DNA from: Balanoglossus misakiensis
Taxonomy: Eukaryota > Animalia > Hemichordata
Direction of reading: 5' to 3'
DNA length: 64,000 bases
Assembly: GCA_040954595.2 (NCBI GenBank)
Contig: CM082576.2
Location: forward strand, 11,783,129-11,847,128
Part shown: positions 28,301 to 43,300 of the stretch, piece after piece
How positions within the stretch are numbered: the stretch's first letter is position 1
How the letters are laid out: each line of letters starts with the position of its first letter
The notes under the pieces: generated by a model
What the model saw: only the letters and a program-made list of their open reading frames with translations
Database searches by the model: none
Told to the model about the DNA's origin: nothing
Program-made: the position numbers and the translations under genes

Positions 28301-31300
28301 CGGTGCAGGGAACTCTTATTTGCACCGCTGCGGTGCAAATAAGAATTTTCACCGCTGCGGTGCAAATAAGATCATTGGAGTTATGCTGCAATATAGTGCG
28401 AAAATTTCCGACCTTTTCGAGTACACATCGTCATGGCGAAGGGTTCAGGAAGGCCAGCCTTTTACACGAAGGTGTCAACTGATGTTGGTTCGAGACCACT
28501 TTTTTTATTTCTTTTTTTTTTGTGAGAACTTTTAACGACATGATCATTGTAATTTTTATCATTTTCATCAATCCAATTTATTTCAATATCTACGCTGCGT
28601 TTTTTATCTGTCGGGTATAAGAAACATGCAGGGAAACTTCACTTAGGCAAGTCTGAATACGGAGTGTTCAGCAGAGAGAAAGATAAACTCGCTAAAACCG
28701 TGTCTTTCCGTCCGCATGACCAACCAAGGAGCGGAAAAGTCGTTATTTAGGCCGTAATAAAACGTTTTTGTCGCCGAGGAGTGAATAAAGAACGGTCAGA
28801 TCGTTGCGGAGCAGGGAACTCTTATTCGTCCCCTTCCCTTTAAAAAATAGGAAAATACTTGTCTTTAAAAAGTAGGAATCAAACACTACCTGATCCGGAC
28901 TGGAATATCGTGGTGCATAGTTGTGTGCTCTTTCTTCTCCGACGTCCAAGCCCAGATCTGTTAATCGCCAAACATACTTCATGTTGGTTTGGTAAACACG
29001 AAGATGGCATTCGTGACAAAAAATACAGGGTTTGAAAATATCATCGAACGGTATCCATAGTTGATCGAGGTCTTTATATCATATTGCAATGTTGCATAAT
29101 ATACCAGTATATATTGTTTTGTATTTTCCGCTAATAGCAATAACCCAAGAGGTAATATATTTTACCTGGTGAGAAGGTCGCGTTAATCGCTGGAACAAGT
29201 GCCGTCAAATCGTCTGAAATAAATTGCAAGTCAAAACATCATTTCCATATCTCATTTCATCTGGTACAAAATAGTGAAATCATGAAACGATTCCCGAGGG
29301 AATACTGCCGAAGGAAAGTGTTCTATATGGGAAGGGAAAATGTACTCACTGTCATAATAGGCAAACAGAACCAGCCCGATGAGACACAGCAAAGAAAACA
29401 TGACAACTCTGAATGGTATCATAAGCAAGAGTGTCCTGTAATAGACAATTTATATAGAAGTTGGTGCTAGGCGTGGAAAAGATACTGAAGATAACGCGAT
29501 CACGCGCATACAGCACTTACACCGATCTCATGTCCAAAATTAAAACCACATTTGCTCAATATGACATTTTTAGTGAAGCCTACTAAAAAAGAAACAAATA
29601 CGATTGACATTGTCATGATGATATGAGATTGAGAGTATCAATGCAATTTGTCATCAAAATATTCAGAGCAAATTGGTATACTGATCAGATCTACACTATA
29701 TGCACAGCTAAAGTTAACAGCCTACCCCTGCGCTTGCCGAAGAGATTTTGCCGCCAAAAGACGTTGCACGGAGCCCTGGTGCACTACATCCTGCATGCTG
29801 TAAATCGTCTGTCCAATCACGATCGACCAAAAGGATAGGCGAACAGTTGGGTTAAAGTCGAACCTGACAAGAAATACAACAAGTTATAACTTATCTCGAG
29901 GTTTACTTCACATGAAATTGAAGTGTTAAGTCACGTGCTCTACTAGGTCTGTTTGCTTTCTTGACATAACCATTCGAATGTGGAAATGTGATTAGTAAAA
30001 CATACACGAAGAAATTCAGTTTTCCGTGTTGGTCGCTGTAGTTCCACACCTCTTCCATGCCCCCGGCTTCTAATGTGCCGAGAATGAGGACCACGACCAC
30101 GCATGTCACCATGACGAAACACTGGAAGACATCGGCCCACACAACTGCTCGCATGCCACCCTACAGAGAAAGACACATCACAAAATACTATTCTTATTCT
30201 TTGTAGAACTACAATGTGTCAACGTCTCTTTGAAACATCGGTAGTTACCCTCGGCTTTCTTCATCACCATCCTATGCGCGCGCTGACAGGGTACGCAAGT
30301 TGAGCGACGCGTATACAGTCGGATACCGATGTGACACGACGAAGACAAGGCCCGAATGATAAAATTTTCATCGTTTCATGTATTATAATGATGTCTCATA
30401 GAGAATGATAACCTGTCCACATAAGGGAATAGACTTACCAGAGCTGTGTAGAAGGTACACAAGACGCCGATGATGACGACTGTAATCCAATAATCTATCC
30501 CTTGAACTGAAGTCAAGAGTATTCAATTATAAATTATTTTAAAAAAATCATGGGTTATAGCTCATGAAAATCATCAAAAAATGACAATTTTTCGACTTTG
30601 CGAATTTTCAAAATTTGGCCATTTTTCACAAAAAATCATGGGTTATAGCTCATGAAAACATCAAAAAATGACAATTTTTCGACTTTGCGAATTTTCAAAA
30701 TTTGGCCATTTTTCACAATAAATCATGGGTTATAGCTCATGAAAATCATCAAAAAATGACAATTTTTCGACTTTGTGAATTTTCAAAATTTGGCCATTTT
30801 TCACAAAAAATCATGGGTTATAGCTCATGAAAATCATCAAAAAATGACAATTTGTCGACTTTGCGAATTTTCAAAATTTGGCCATTTTTCACAAAAAATC
30901 ATGGTTTATAGCTCATGAAAATCATCAAAAAATGACAATTTTTCGACTTTGCGAATTTTCAAAATTTGGCCATTTTTCACAATAAATCATGGGTTATAGC
31001 TCATGAAAATCATCAAAAAATGACTATTTTTCGACTTTGCGAATTTTCAAAATTTGGCCATTTTTACAAAAAATCATGGGTTATAGCTCATGAAAATCAT
31101 CGAAAAATGACAATTTTTCGACTTTGCGAATTTTCAAAATTTGGACATTTTTCACAAAAAATCATGGGTTATAGCTCATGAAAACATCAAAAAATGAAAA
31201 TTTTTCGACTTTGCGAATTTTCAAAATTTGGCCATTTTTCACAAAAAATCATGGGTTATAGCTCATGAAAATCATCAAAAAATGACAATTTTTCGACTTT

Positions 31301-34300
31301 GCGAATTTTCAAAATTTGGCCATTTTTCACAAAAAATCATGGGTTATAGCTCATGACAATCATCAAAAAATGACTATTTTTCGACTTTGCGAATTTTCAA
31401 AATTTGGCCATTTTTCACAAAAAATCATGGGTTATAGCTCATGAAAATCATCAAAAAATGACAATTTTTCGACTTTGCGAATTTTCAAAATTTGGACATT
31501 TTTCACAAAAATTCATGGGTTATAGCTCATGAAAATCTTCAAAAATGAAAATTTTTCGACTTTGCAAATTTTCAAAATTTGGCCATTTTTCACAAAAAAT
31601 CATGGGTTATAGCTCATGAAAATCATCAAAAAATGACAATTTTTCGACTTTGCGAATTTTCAAAATTTGGCCATTTTTCACAAAAAATCATGGGTTATAG
31701 CTCATGAAAATCATCAAAAAATGACAATTTTTCGACGTTGCGAATTTTCAAAATTTGGCCATTTTTCACAAAAAATCATGGGTTATAGCTCATGAAAATC
31801 ATCAAAAAATGACAATTTTTCGACTTTGCGAATTTTCAAAATTTGGCCATTTTTCACAAAAAATCATGGGTTATAGCTCATGAAAATCATCAAAAAATGA
31901 CAATTTTTCGACTTTGCGAATTTTCAAAATTTGGCCATTTTTCACAAAAAATCATGGGTTATAGCTCATGAAAATCATCAAAAAATGACAATTTTTCGAC
32001 TTTGCGAATTTTCAAAATTTGGCCATTTTTCACAATAAATCATGGGTTATAGCTCATGAAAATCATCAAAAAATGACAATTTTTCGACTTTGCAAATTTT
32101 CAAAATTTGGCCATTTTTCACAAAAAATCATGGGTTATAGCTCATGAAAATCATCAAAAAATGACAATTTTTCGACTTTGCGAATTTTCAAAATTTGGCC
32201 ATTTTTCACCAAAAATCATGGGTTATAGCTCATGTAAACATCAAAAAATGACAATTTTTCGACTTTGCGAATTTTCAAAATTTGGACATTTTTCACAAAA
32301 AATCATGGGTTATAGCTCATGAAAATCATCAAAAAATGAAAATTTTTCGACTTTGCGAAATTTCAAAATTTGGCCATTTTTACAAAAATCATGGGTTATA
32401 GCTCATGAAAATCATCAAAAAATGACAATTTTTCGACTTTGCGAATTTTCAAAATTTGGCCATTTTTCACAATAAATCATGGGTTATAGCTCATGAAAAT
32501 CATCAAAAAATGACAATTTTTCGACTTTGCGAATTTTCAAAATTTGGCCATTTTTCACAAAAAATCATGGGTTATAGCTCATGAAAATCATCAAAAAATG
32601 ACAATTTTTCGACTTTGCGAATTTTCAAAATTTGGCCATTTTTCACAAAAAATCATGGGTTATAGCTCATGAAAATCATCAAAAAATGACAATTTTTCGA
32701 CTTTGCGAATTTTCAAAATTTGGCCATTTTTCACAAAAAATCATGGGTTATAGCTCATGAAAATCATCAAAAAATGACAATTTTTCGACTTTGCGAATTT
32801 TCAAAATTTGGACATTTTTCACAAAAATTCATGGGTTATAGCTCATGAAAATCTTCAAAAATGAAAATTTTTCGACTTTGCAAATTTTCAAAATTTGGCC
32901 ATTTTTCACAAAAAATCATGGGTTATAGCTCATGAAAATCATCAAAAAATGACAATTTTTCGACTTTGCGAATTTTCAAAATTTGGCCATTTTTCACAAA
33001 AAATCATGGGTTATAGCTCATGAAAATCATCAAAAAATGACAATTTTTCGACTTTGCGAATTTTCAAAATTTGGCCATTTTTCACAAAAAATCATGGGTT
33101 ATAGCTCATGAAAATCATCAAAAAATGACAATTTTTCGACTTTGCGAATTTTCAAAATTTGGCCATTTTTCACAAAAAATCATGGGTTATAGCTCATGAA
33201 AATCATCAAAAAATGACAATTTTTCGACTTTGCGAATTTTCAAAATTTGGCCATTTTTCACAAAAAATCATGGGTTATAGCTCATGAAAATCATCAAAAA
33301 ATGACAATTTTTCGACTTTGCGAATTTTCAAAATTTTGCCATTTTTCACAATAAATCATGGGTTATAGCTCATGAAAATCATCAAAAAATGACAATTTTT
33401 CGACTTTGCAAATTTTCAAAATTTGGCCATTTTTCACAAAAAATCATGGGTTATAGCTCATGAAAATCATCAAAAAATGACAATTTTTCGACTTTGCGAA
33501 TTTTCAAAATTTGGCCATTTTTCACCAAAAATCATGGGTTATAGCTCATGTAAACATCAAAAAATGACAATTTTTCGACTTTGCGAATTTTCAAAATTTG
33601 GACATTTTTCACAAAAAATCATGGGTTATAGCTCATGAAAATCATCAAAAAATGAAAATTTTTCGACTTTGCGAAATTTCAAAATTTGGCCATTTTTACA
33701 AAAATCATGGGTTATAGCTCATGAAAATCATCAAAAAATGACAATTTTTCGACTTTGCGAATTTTCAAAATTTGGCCATTTTTCACAATAAATCATGGGT
33801 TATAGCTCATGAAAATCATCAAAAAATGACAATTTTTCGACTTTGCGAATTTTCAAAATTTGGCCATTTTTCACAATAAATCATGGGTTATAGCTCATGA
33901 AAATCATCAAAAAATGACAATTTTTCGACTTTGCGAATTTTCAAAATTTGGCCATTTTTCACAAAAAATCATGGGTTATAGCTCATGAAAATCATCAAAA
34001 AATGACAATTTTTCGACTTTGCGAATTTTCAAAATTTGGCCATTTTTCACAAAAAATCATGGGTTATAGCTCATGAAAATCATCAAAAAATGACAATTTT
34101 TCGACTTTGCGAAATTTCAAAATTTGGCCATTTTTACAAAAATCATGGGTTATAGCTCATGAAAATCATCAAAAAATGACAATTTTTCGACTTTGCGAAT
34201 TTTCAAAATTTGGCCATTTTTCACAATAAATCATGGGTTATAGCTCATGAAAATCATCAAAAAATGACAATTTTTCGACTTTGCGAATTTTCAAAATTTG

Positions 34301-37300
34301 GCCATTTTTCACAATAAATCATGGGTTATAGCTCATGAAAATCATCAAAAAATGACAATTTTTCGACTTTGCGAATTTTCAAAATTTGGCCATTTTTCAC
34401 AAAAAATCATGGGTTATAGCTCATGAAAATCATCAAAAAATGACAATTTTTCGACTTTGCGAATTTTCAAAATTTGGCCATTTTTCACAAAAAATCATGG
34501 GTTATAGCTCATGAAAATCATCAAAAAATGACAATTTTTCGACTTTGCGAAATTTCAAAATTTGGCCATTTTTACAAAAATCATGGGTTATAGCTCATGA
34601 AAATCATCAAAAAATGACAATTTTTCGACTTTGCGAATTTTCAAAATTTGGCCATTTTTCACAATAAATCATGGGTTATAGCTCATGAAAATCATCAAAA
34701 AATGACAATTTTTCGACTTTGCGAATTTTCAAAATTTGGCCATTTTTCACAATAAATCATGGGTTATAGCTCATGAAAATCATCAAAAAATGACAATTTT
34801 TCGACTTTGCGAATTTTCAAAATTTGGCCATTTTTCACAAAAAATCATGGGTTATAGCTCATGAAAATCATCAAAAAATGACAATTTTTCGACTTTGCGA
34901 ATTTTCAAAATTTGGCCATTTTTCACAAAAAATCATGGGTTATAGCTCATGAAAATCATCAAAAAATGACAATTTTTCGACTTTGCGAATTTTCAAAATT
35001 TGGCCATTTTTCACAAAAAATCATGGGTTATAGCTCATGAAAATCATCAAAAAATGACAATTTTTCGACTTTGCGAATTTTCAAAATTTGGCCATTTTTC
35101 ACAAAAAATCATGGGTTATAGCTCATGAAAATCATCAAAAAATGACAATTTTTCGACTTTGCGAATTTTCAAAATTTGGCCATTTTTCACAATAAATCAT
35201 GGGTTATAGCTCATGAAAATCATCAAAAAATGACAATTTTTCGACTTTGCGAATTTTCAAAATTTGGCCATTTTTACAAAAAATCATGGGTTATAGCTCA
35301 TGAAAATCATCGAAAAATGACAATTTTTCGACTTTGCGAATTTTCAAAATTTGGACATTTTTCACAAAAAATCATGGGTTATAGCTCATGAAAACATCAA
35401 AAAATGACAATTTTTCGACTTTGCGAATTTTCAAAATTTGGCCATTTTTCACAAAAAATCATGGGTTATAGCTCATGAAAATCATCAAAAAATGACAATT
35501 TTTCGACTTTGCGAATTTTCAAAATTTGGCCATTTTTCACAAAAAATCATGGGTTATAGCTCATGAAAATCATCAAAAAATGACAATTTTTCGACTTTGC
35601 GAATTTTCAAAATTTGGCCATTTTTCACAAAAAATCATGGGTTATAGCTCATGAAAATCATCAAAAAATGACAATTTTTCGACTTTGCGAATTTTCAAAA
35701 TTTGGCCATTTATCACAAAAAATCATGGGTTATAGCTCATGAAAATCATCAAAAAATGACAATTTTTCGACTTTGCGAATTTTCAAAATTTGGCCATTTT
35801 TCACAAAAAATCATGGGTTATAGCTCATGAAAATCATCAAAAAATGACAATTTTTCGACTTTGCGAATTTTCAAAATTTGGCCATTTTTCACAAAAAATC
35901 ATGGGTTATAGCTCATGAAAATCATCAAAAAATGACAATTTTTCGACTTTGCGAATTTTCAAAATTTGGCCATTTTTCACAAAAAATCATGGGTTATAGC
36001 TCATGAAAATCATCAAAAAATGACAATTTTTCGACTTTGCGAATTTTCAAAATTTGGCCATTTTTCACAATAAATCATGGGTTATAGCTCATGAAAATCA
36101 TCAAAAAATGACAATTTTTCGACTTTGCGAATTTTCAAAATTTGGCCATTTTTACAAAAAATCATGGGTTATAGCTCATGAAAATCATCGAAAAATGACA
36201 ATTTTTCGACTTTGCGAATTTTCAAAATTTGGACATTTTTCACAAAAAATCATGGGTTATAGCTCATGAAAACATCAAAAAATGACAATTTTTCGACTTT
36301 GCGAATTTTCAAAATTTGGCCATTTTTCACAAAAAATCATGGGTTATAGCTCATGAAAATCATCAAAAAATGACAATTTTTCGACTTTGCGAATTTTCAA
36401 AATTTGGCCATTTTTCACAAAAAATCATGGGTTATAGCTCATGAAAATCATCAAAAAATGACAATTTTTCGACTTTGCGAATTTTCAAAATTTGGCCATT
36501 TTTCACAAAAAATCATGGGTTATAGCTCATGAAAATCATCAAAAAATGACAATTTTTCGACTTTGCGAATTTTCAAAATTTGGCCATTTATCACAAAAAA
36601 TCATGGGTTATAGCTCATGAAAATCATCAAAAAATGACAATTTTTCGACTTTGCGAATTTTCAAAATTTGGCCATTTTTCACAAAAAATCATGGGTTATA
36701 GCTCATGAAAATCATCAAAAAATGACAATTTTTCGACTTTGCGAATTTTCAAAATTTGGCCATTTTTCACAAAAAATCATGGGTTATAGCTCATGAAAAT
36801 CATCGAAAAATGACAATTTTTCGACTTTGCAAATTTTCAAAATTTGGCCATTTTTCACAAAAAATCATGGGTTATAGCTCATGAAAATCATCAAAAAATG
36901 ACAATTTTTCGACTTTGCGAATTTTCAAAATTTGGCCATTTTTCACAAAAAATCATGGGTTATAGCTCATGAAAATCATCAAAAAATGACAATTTTTCGA
37001 CTTTGCGAATTTTCAAAATTTGGCCATTTTTCACAAAAAATCATGGGTTATAGCTCATGAAAATCATCAAAAAATGACAATTTTTCGACTTTGCGAATTT
37101 TCAAAATTTGGCCATTTTTCACAAAAAATCATGGGTTATAGCTCATGAAAATCATCAAAAAATGACAATTTTTCGACTTTGCGAATTTTCAAAATTTGGC
37201 CATTTTTCACAAAAAATCATGGGTTATAGCTCATGAAAATCATCAAAAAATGACAATTTTTCGACTTTGCGAATTTTCAAAATTTGGCCATTTTTCACAA

Positions 37301-40300
37301 TAAATCATGGGTTATAGCTCATGAAAATCATCAAAAAATGACAATTTTTCGACTTTGCAAATTTTCAAAATTTGGCCATTTTTCACAAAAAATCATGGGT
37401 TATAGCTCATGAAAATCATCAAAAAATGACAATTTTTCGACTTTGCGAATTTTCAAAATTTGGCCATTTTTCACAAAAAATCATGGGTTATAGCTCATGA
37501 AAATCATCAAAAAATGACAATTTTTCGACTTTGCGAATTTTCAAAATTTGGCCATTTTTCACAATAAATCATGGGTTATAGCTCATGAAAATCATCAAAA
37601 AATGACAATTTTTCGACTTTGCGAATTTTCAAAATTTGGCCATTTTTACAAAAAATCATGGGTTATAGCTCATGAAAATCATCGAAAAATGACAATTTTT
37701 CGACTTTGCGAATTTTCAAAATTTGGACATTTTTCACAAAAAATCATGGGTTATAGCTCATGAAAACATCAAAAAATGACAATTTTTCGACTTTGCGAAT
37801 TTTCAAAATTTGGCCATTTTTCACAAAAAATCATGGGTTATAGCTCATGAAAATCATCAAAAAATGACAATTTTTCGACTTTGCGAATTTTCAAAATTTG
37901 GCCATTTTTCACAAAAAATCATGGGTTATAGCTCATGAAAATCATCAAAAAATGACAATTTTTCGACTTTGCGAATTTTCAAAATTTGGCCATTTTTCAC
38001 AAAAAATCATGGGTTATAGCTCATGAAAATCATCAAAAAATGACAATTTTTCGACTTTGCGAATTTTCAAAATTTGGCCATTTATCACAAAAAATCATGG
38101 GTTATAGCTCATGAAAATCATCAAAAAATGACAATTTTTCGACTTTGCGAATTTTCAAAATTTGGCCATTTTTCACAAAAAATCATGGGTTATAGCTCAT
38201 GAAAATCATCAAAAAATGACAATTTTTCGACTTTGCGAATTTTCAAAATTTGGCCATTTTTCACAAAAAATCATGGGTTATAGCTCATGAAAATCATCGA
38301 AAAATGACAATTTTTCGACTTTGCAAATTTTCAAAATTTGGCCATTTTTCACAAAAAATCATGGGTTATAGCTCATGAAAATCATCAAAAAATGACAATT
38401 TTTCGACTTTGCGAATTTTCAAAATTTGGCCATTTTTCACAAAAAATCATGGGTTATAGCTCATGAAAATCATCAAAAAATGACAATTTTTCGACTTTGC
38501 GAATTTTCAAAATTTGGCCATTTTTCACAAAAAATCATGGGTTATAGCTCATGAAAATCATCAAAAAATGACAATTTTTCGACTTTGCGAATTTTCAAAA
38601 TTTGGCCATTTTTCACAAAAAATCATGGGTTATAGCTCATGAAAATCATCAAAAAATGACAATTTTTCGACTTTGCGAATTTTCAAAATTTGGCCATTTT
38701 TCACAAAAAATCATGGGTTATAGCTCATGAAAATCATCAAAAAATGACAATTTTTCGACTTTGCGAATTTTCAAAATTTGGCCATTTTTCACAATAAATC
38801 ATGGGTTATAGCTCATGAAAATCATCAAAAAATGACAATTTTTCGACTTTGCAAATTTTCAAAATTTGGCCATTTTTCACAAAAAATCATGGGTTATAGC
38901 TCATGAAAATCATCAAAAAATGACAATTTTTCGACTTTGCGAATTTTCAAAATTTGGCCATTTTTCACCAAAAATCATGGGTTATAGCTCATGTAAACAT
39001 CAAAAAATGACAATTTTTCGACTTTGCGAATTTTCAAAATTTGGACATTTTTCACAAAAAATCATGGGTTATAGCTCATGAAAATCATCAAAAAATGAAA
39101 ATTTTTCGACTTTGCGAAATTTCACAATTTGGCCATTTTTACAAAAATCATGGGTTATAGCTCATGAAAATCATCAAAAAATGACAATTTTTCGACTTTG
39201 CGAATTTTCAAAATTTGGCCATTTTTCACAATAAATCATGGGTTATAGCTCATGAAAATCATCAAAAAATGACAATTTTTCGTCTTTGCGAATTTTCAAA
39301 ATTTGGCCATTTTTCACAATAAATCATGGGTTATAGCTCATGAAAATCATCAAAAAATGACAATTTTTCGACTTTGCGAATTTTCAAAATTTGGCCATTT
39401 TTACAAAAAATCATGGGTTATAGCTCATGAAAATCATCGAAAAATGACAATTTTTCGACTTTGCGAATTTTCAAAATTTGGACATTTTTCACAAAAAATC
39501 ATGGGTTATAGCTCATGAAAACATCAAAAAATGACAATTTTTCGACTTTGCGAATTTTCAAAATTTGGCCATTTTTCACAAAAAATCATGGGTTATAGCT
39601 CATGAAAATCATCAAAAAATGACAATTTTTCGACTTTGCGAATTTTCAAAATTTGGCCATTTTTCACAAAAAATCATGGGTTATAGCTCATGAAAATCAT
39701 CAAAAAATGACAATTTTTCGACTTTGCGAATTTTCAAAATTTGGCCATTTTTCACAAAAAATCATGGGTTATAGCTCATGAAAATCATCAAAAAATGACA
39801 ATTTTTCGACTTTGCGAATTTTCAAAATTTGGCCATTTTTCACAAAAAATCATGGGTTATAGCTCATGAAAATCATCAAAAAATGACAATTTTTCGACTT
39901 TGCGAATTTTCAAAATTTGGCCATTTTTCACAAAAAATCATGGGTTATAGCTCATGAAAATCATCAAAAAATGACAATTTTTCGACTTTGCGAATTTTCA
40001 AAATTTGGCCATTTTTCACAATAAATCATGGGTTATAGCTCATGAAAATCATCAAAAAATGACAATTTTTCGACTTTGCGAATTTTCAAAATTTGGCCAT
40101 TTTTACAAAAAATCATGGGTTATAGCTCATGAAAATCATCGAAAAATGACAATTTTTCGACTTTGCGAATTTTCAAAATTTGGACATTTTTCACAAAAAA
40201 TCATGGGTTATAGCTCATGAAAACATCAAAAAATGACAATTTTTCGACTTTGCGAATTTTCAAAATTTGGCCATTTTTCACAAAAAATCATGGGTTATAG

Positions 40301-43300
40301 CTCATGAAAATCATCAAAAAATGACAATTTTTCGACTTTGCGAATTTTCAAAATTTGGCCATTTTTCACAAAAAATCATGGGTTATAGCTCATGAAAATC
40401 ATCAAAAAATGACAATTTTTCGACTTTGCGAATTTTCAAAATTTGGCCATTTTTCACAAAAAATCATGGGTTATAGCTCATGAAAATCATCAAAAAATGA
40501 CAATTTTTCGACTTTGCGAATTTTCAAAATTTGGCCATTTATCACAAAAAATCATGGGTTATAGCTCATGAAAATCATCAAAAAATGACAATTTTTCGAC
40601 TTTGCGAATTTTCAAAATTTGGCCATTTTTCACAAAAAATCATGGGTTATAGCTCATGAAAATCATCAAAAAATGACAATTTTTCGACTTTGCGAATTTT
40701 CAAAATTTGGCCATTTTTCACAAAAAATCATGGGTTATAGCTCATGAAAATCATCGAAAAATGACAATTTTTCGACTTTGCAAATTTTCAAAATTTGGCC
40801 ATTTTTCACAAAAAATCATGGGTTATAGCTCATGAAAATCATCAAAAAATGACAATTTTTCGACTTTGCGAATTTTCAAAATTTGGCCATTTTTCACAAA
40901 AAATCATGGGTTATAGCTCATGAAAATCATCAAAAAATGACAATTTTTCGACTTTGCGAATTTTCAAAATTTGGCCATTTTTCACAAAAAATCATGGGTT
41001 ATAGCTCATGAAAATCATCAAAAAATGACAATTTTTCGACTTTGCGAATTTTCAAAATTTGGCCATTTTTCACAAAAAATCATGGGTTATAGCTCATGAA
41101 AATCATCAAAAAATGACAATTTTTCGACTTTGCGAATTTTCAAAATTTGGCCATTTTTCACAAAAAATCATGGGTTATAGCTCATGAAAATCATCAAAAA
41201 ATGACAATTTTTCGACTTTGCGAATTTTCAAAATTTGGCCATTTTTCACAATAAATCATGGGTTATAGCTCATGAAAATCTTCAAAAAATGACAATTTTT
41301 CGACTTTGCAAATTTTCAAAATTTGGCCATTTTTCACAAAAAATCATGGGTTATAGCTCATGAAAATCATCAAAAAATGACAATTTTTCGACTTTGCGAA
41401 TTTTCAAAATTTGGCCATTTTTCACCAAAAATCATGGGTTATAGCTCATGTAAACATCAAAAAATGACAATTTTTCGACTTTGCGAATTTTCAAAATTTG
41501 GACATTTTTCACAAAAAATCATGGGTTATAGCTCATGAAAATCATCAAAAAATGAAAATTTTTCGACTTTGCGAAATTTCACAATTTGGCCATTTTTACA
41601 AAAATCATGGGTTATAGCTCATGAAAATCATCAAAAAATGACAATTTTTCGACTTTGCGAATTTTCAAAATTTGGCCATTTTTCACAATAAATCATGGGT
41701 TATAGCTCATGAAAATCATCAAAAAATGACAATTTTTCGACTTTGCGAATTTTCAAAATTTGGCCATTTTTCACAAAAAATCATGGGTTATAGCTCATGA
41801 AAATCATCAAAAAATGACAATTTTTCGACTTTGCGAATTTTCAAAATTTGGCCATTTTTCACAAAAAATCATGGGTTATAGCTCATGAAAATCATCAAAA
41901 AATGACAATTTTTCGACTTTGCGAATTTTCAAAATTTGGCCATTTTTCACAAAAAATCATGGGTTATAGCTCATGAAAATCATCAAAAAATGACAATTTT
42001 TCGACTTTGCGAATTTTCAAAATTTGGCCATTTTTCACAAAAAATCATGGGTTATAGCTCATGAAAATCATCAAAAAATGACAATTTTTCGACTTTGCGA
42101 ATTTTCAAAATTTGGCCATTTTTCACAATAAATCATGGGTTATAGCTCATGAAAATCATCAAAAAATGACAATTTTTCGACTTTGCGAATTTTCAAAATT
42201 TGGCCATTTTTACAAAAAATCATGGGTTATAGCTCATGAAAATCATCGAAAAATGACAATTTTTCGACTTTGCGAATTTTCAAAATTTGGACATTTTTCA
42301 CAAAAAATCATGGGTTATAGCTCATGAAAACATCAAAAAATGACAATTTTTCGACTTTGCGAATTTTCAAAATTTGGCCATTTTTCACAAAAAATCATGG
42401 GTTATAGCTCATGAAAATCATCAAAAAATGACAATTTTTCGACTTTGCGAATTTTCAAAATTTGGCCATTTTTCACAAAAAATCATGGGTTATAGCTCAT
42501 GAAAATCATCAAAAAATGACAATTTTTCGACTTTGCGAATTTTCAAAATTTGGCCATTTTTCACAAAAAATCATGGGTTATAGCTCATGAAAATCATCAA
42601 AAAATGACAATTTTTCGACTTTGCGAATTTTCAAAATTTGGCCATTTATCACAAAAAATCATGGGTTATAGCTCATGAAAATCATCAAAAAATGACAATT
42701 TTTCGACTTTGCGAATTTTCAAAATTTGGCCATTTTTCACAAAAAATCATGGGTTATAGCTCATGAAAATCATCAAAAAATGACAATTTTTCGACTTTGC
42801 GAATTTTCAAAATTTGGCCATTTTTCACAAAAAATCATGGGTTATAGCTCATGAAAATCATCAAAAAATGACAATTTTTCGACTTTGCAAATTTTCAAAA
42901 TTTGGCCATTTTTCACAAAAAATCATGGGTTATAGCTCATGAAAATCATCAAAAAATGACAATTTTTCGACTTTGCGAATTTTCAAAATTTGGCCATTTT
43001 TACAAAAAATCATGGGTTATAGCTCATGAAAATCATCGAAAAATGACAATTTTTCGACTTTGCGAATTTTCAAAATTTGGACATTTTTCACAAAAAATCA
43101 TGGGTTATAGCTCATGAAAACATCAAAAAATGACAATTTTTCGACTTTGCGAATTTTCAAAATCTGGCCATTTTTCACAAAAAATCATGGGTTATAGCTC
43201 ATGAAAATAATCAAAAAATGACAATTTTTCGACTTTGCGAATTTTCAAAATTTGGCCATTTTTCACAAAATATCATGGGTTATAGCTCATGAAAATCATC

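Noticed and set aside
21559-28535. Repeated 60-114 aa ORFs (MNKERSDRCG..., MQGTLICTAAVQ...)
   Set aside because: They are translations of the intronic tandem repeat, start at non-ATG codons, and are frameshifted by poly-T length variation between units.
21598-28826. CRISPR-like appearance (palindromic ~30-bp repeats at regular spacing)
   Set aside because: Intervening sequences are ~500 bp and nearly identical rather than unique spacers, there are no cas genes, and the context is a eukaryotic intron.
21561-30520. AGTCAAGA just before both arrays (21562 and 30511) as a shared insertion target
   Set aside because: Only 8 bp, and on the coding strand it reads TCTTGACT within the branch-point/acceptor region, which explains it more simply.
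30966-43117. Recurrent 71-aa ORFs (MAIFHNKSWVIAHENH...)
   Set aside because: Artefacts of single-base indel variants in the 88-bp satellite. Useful only as markers of higher-order structure.
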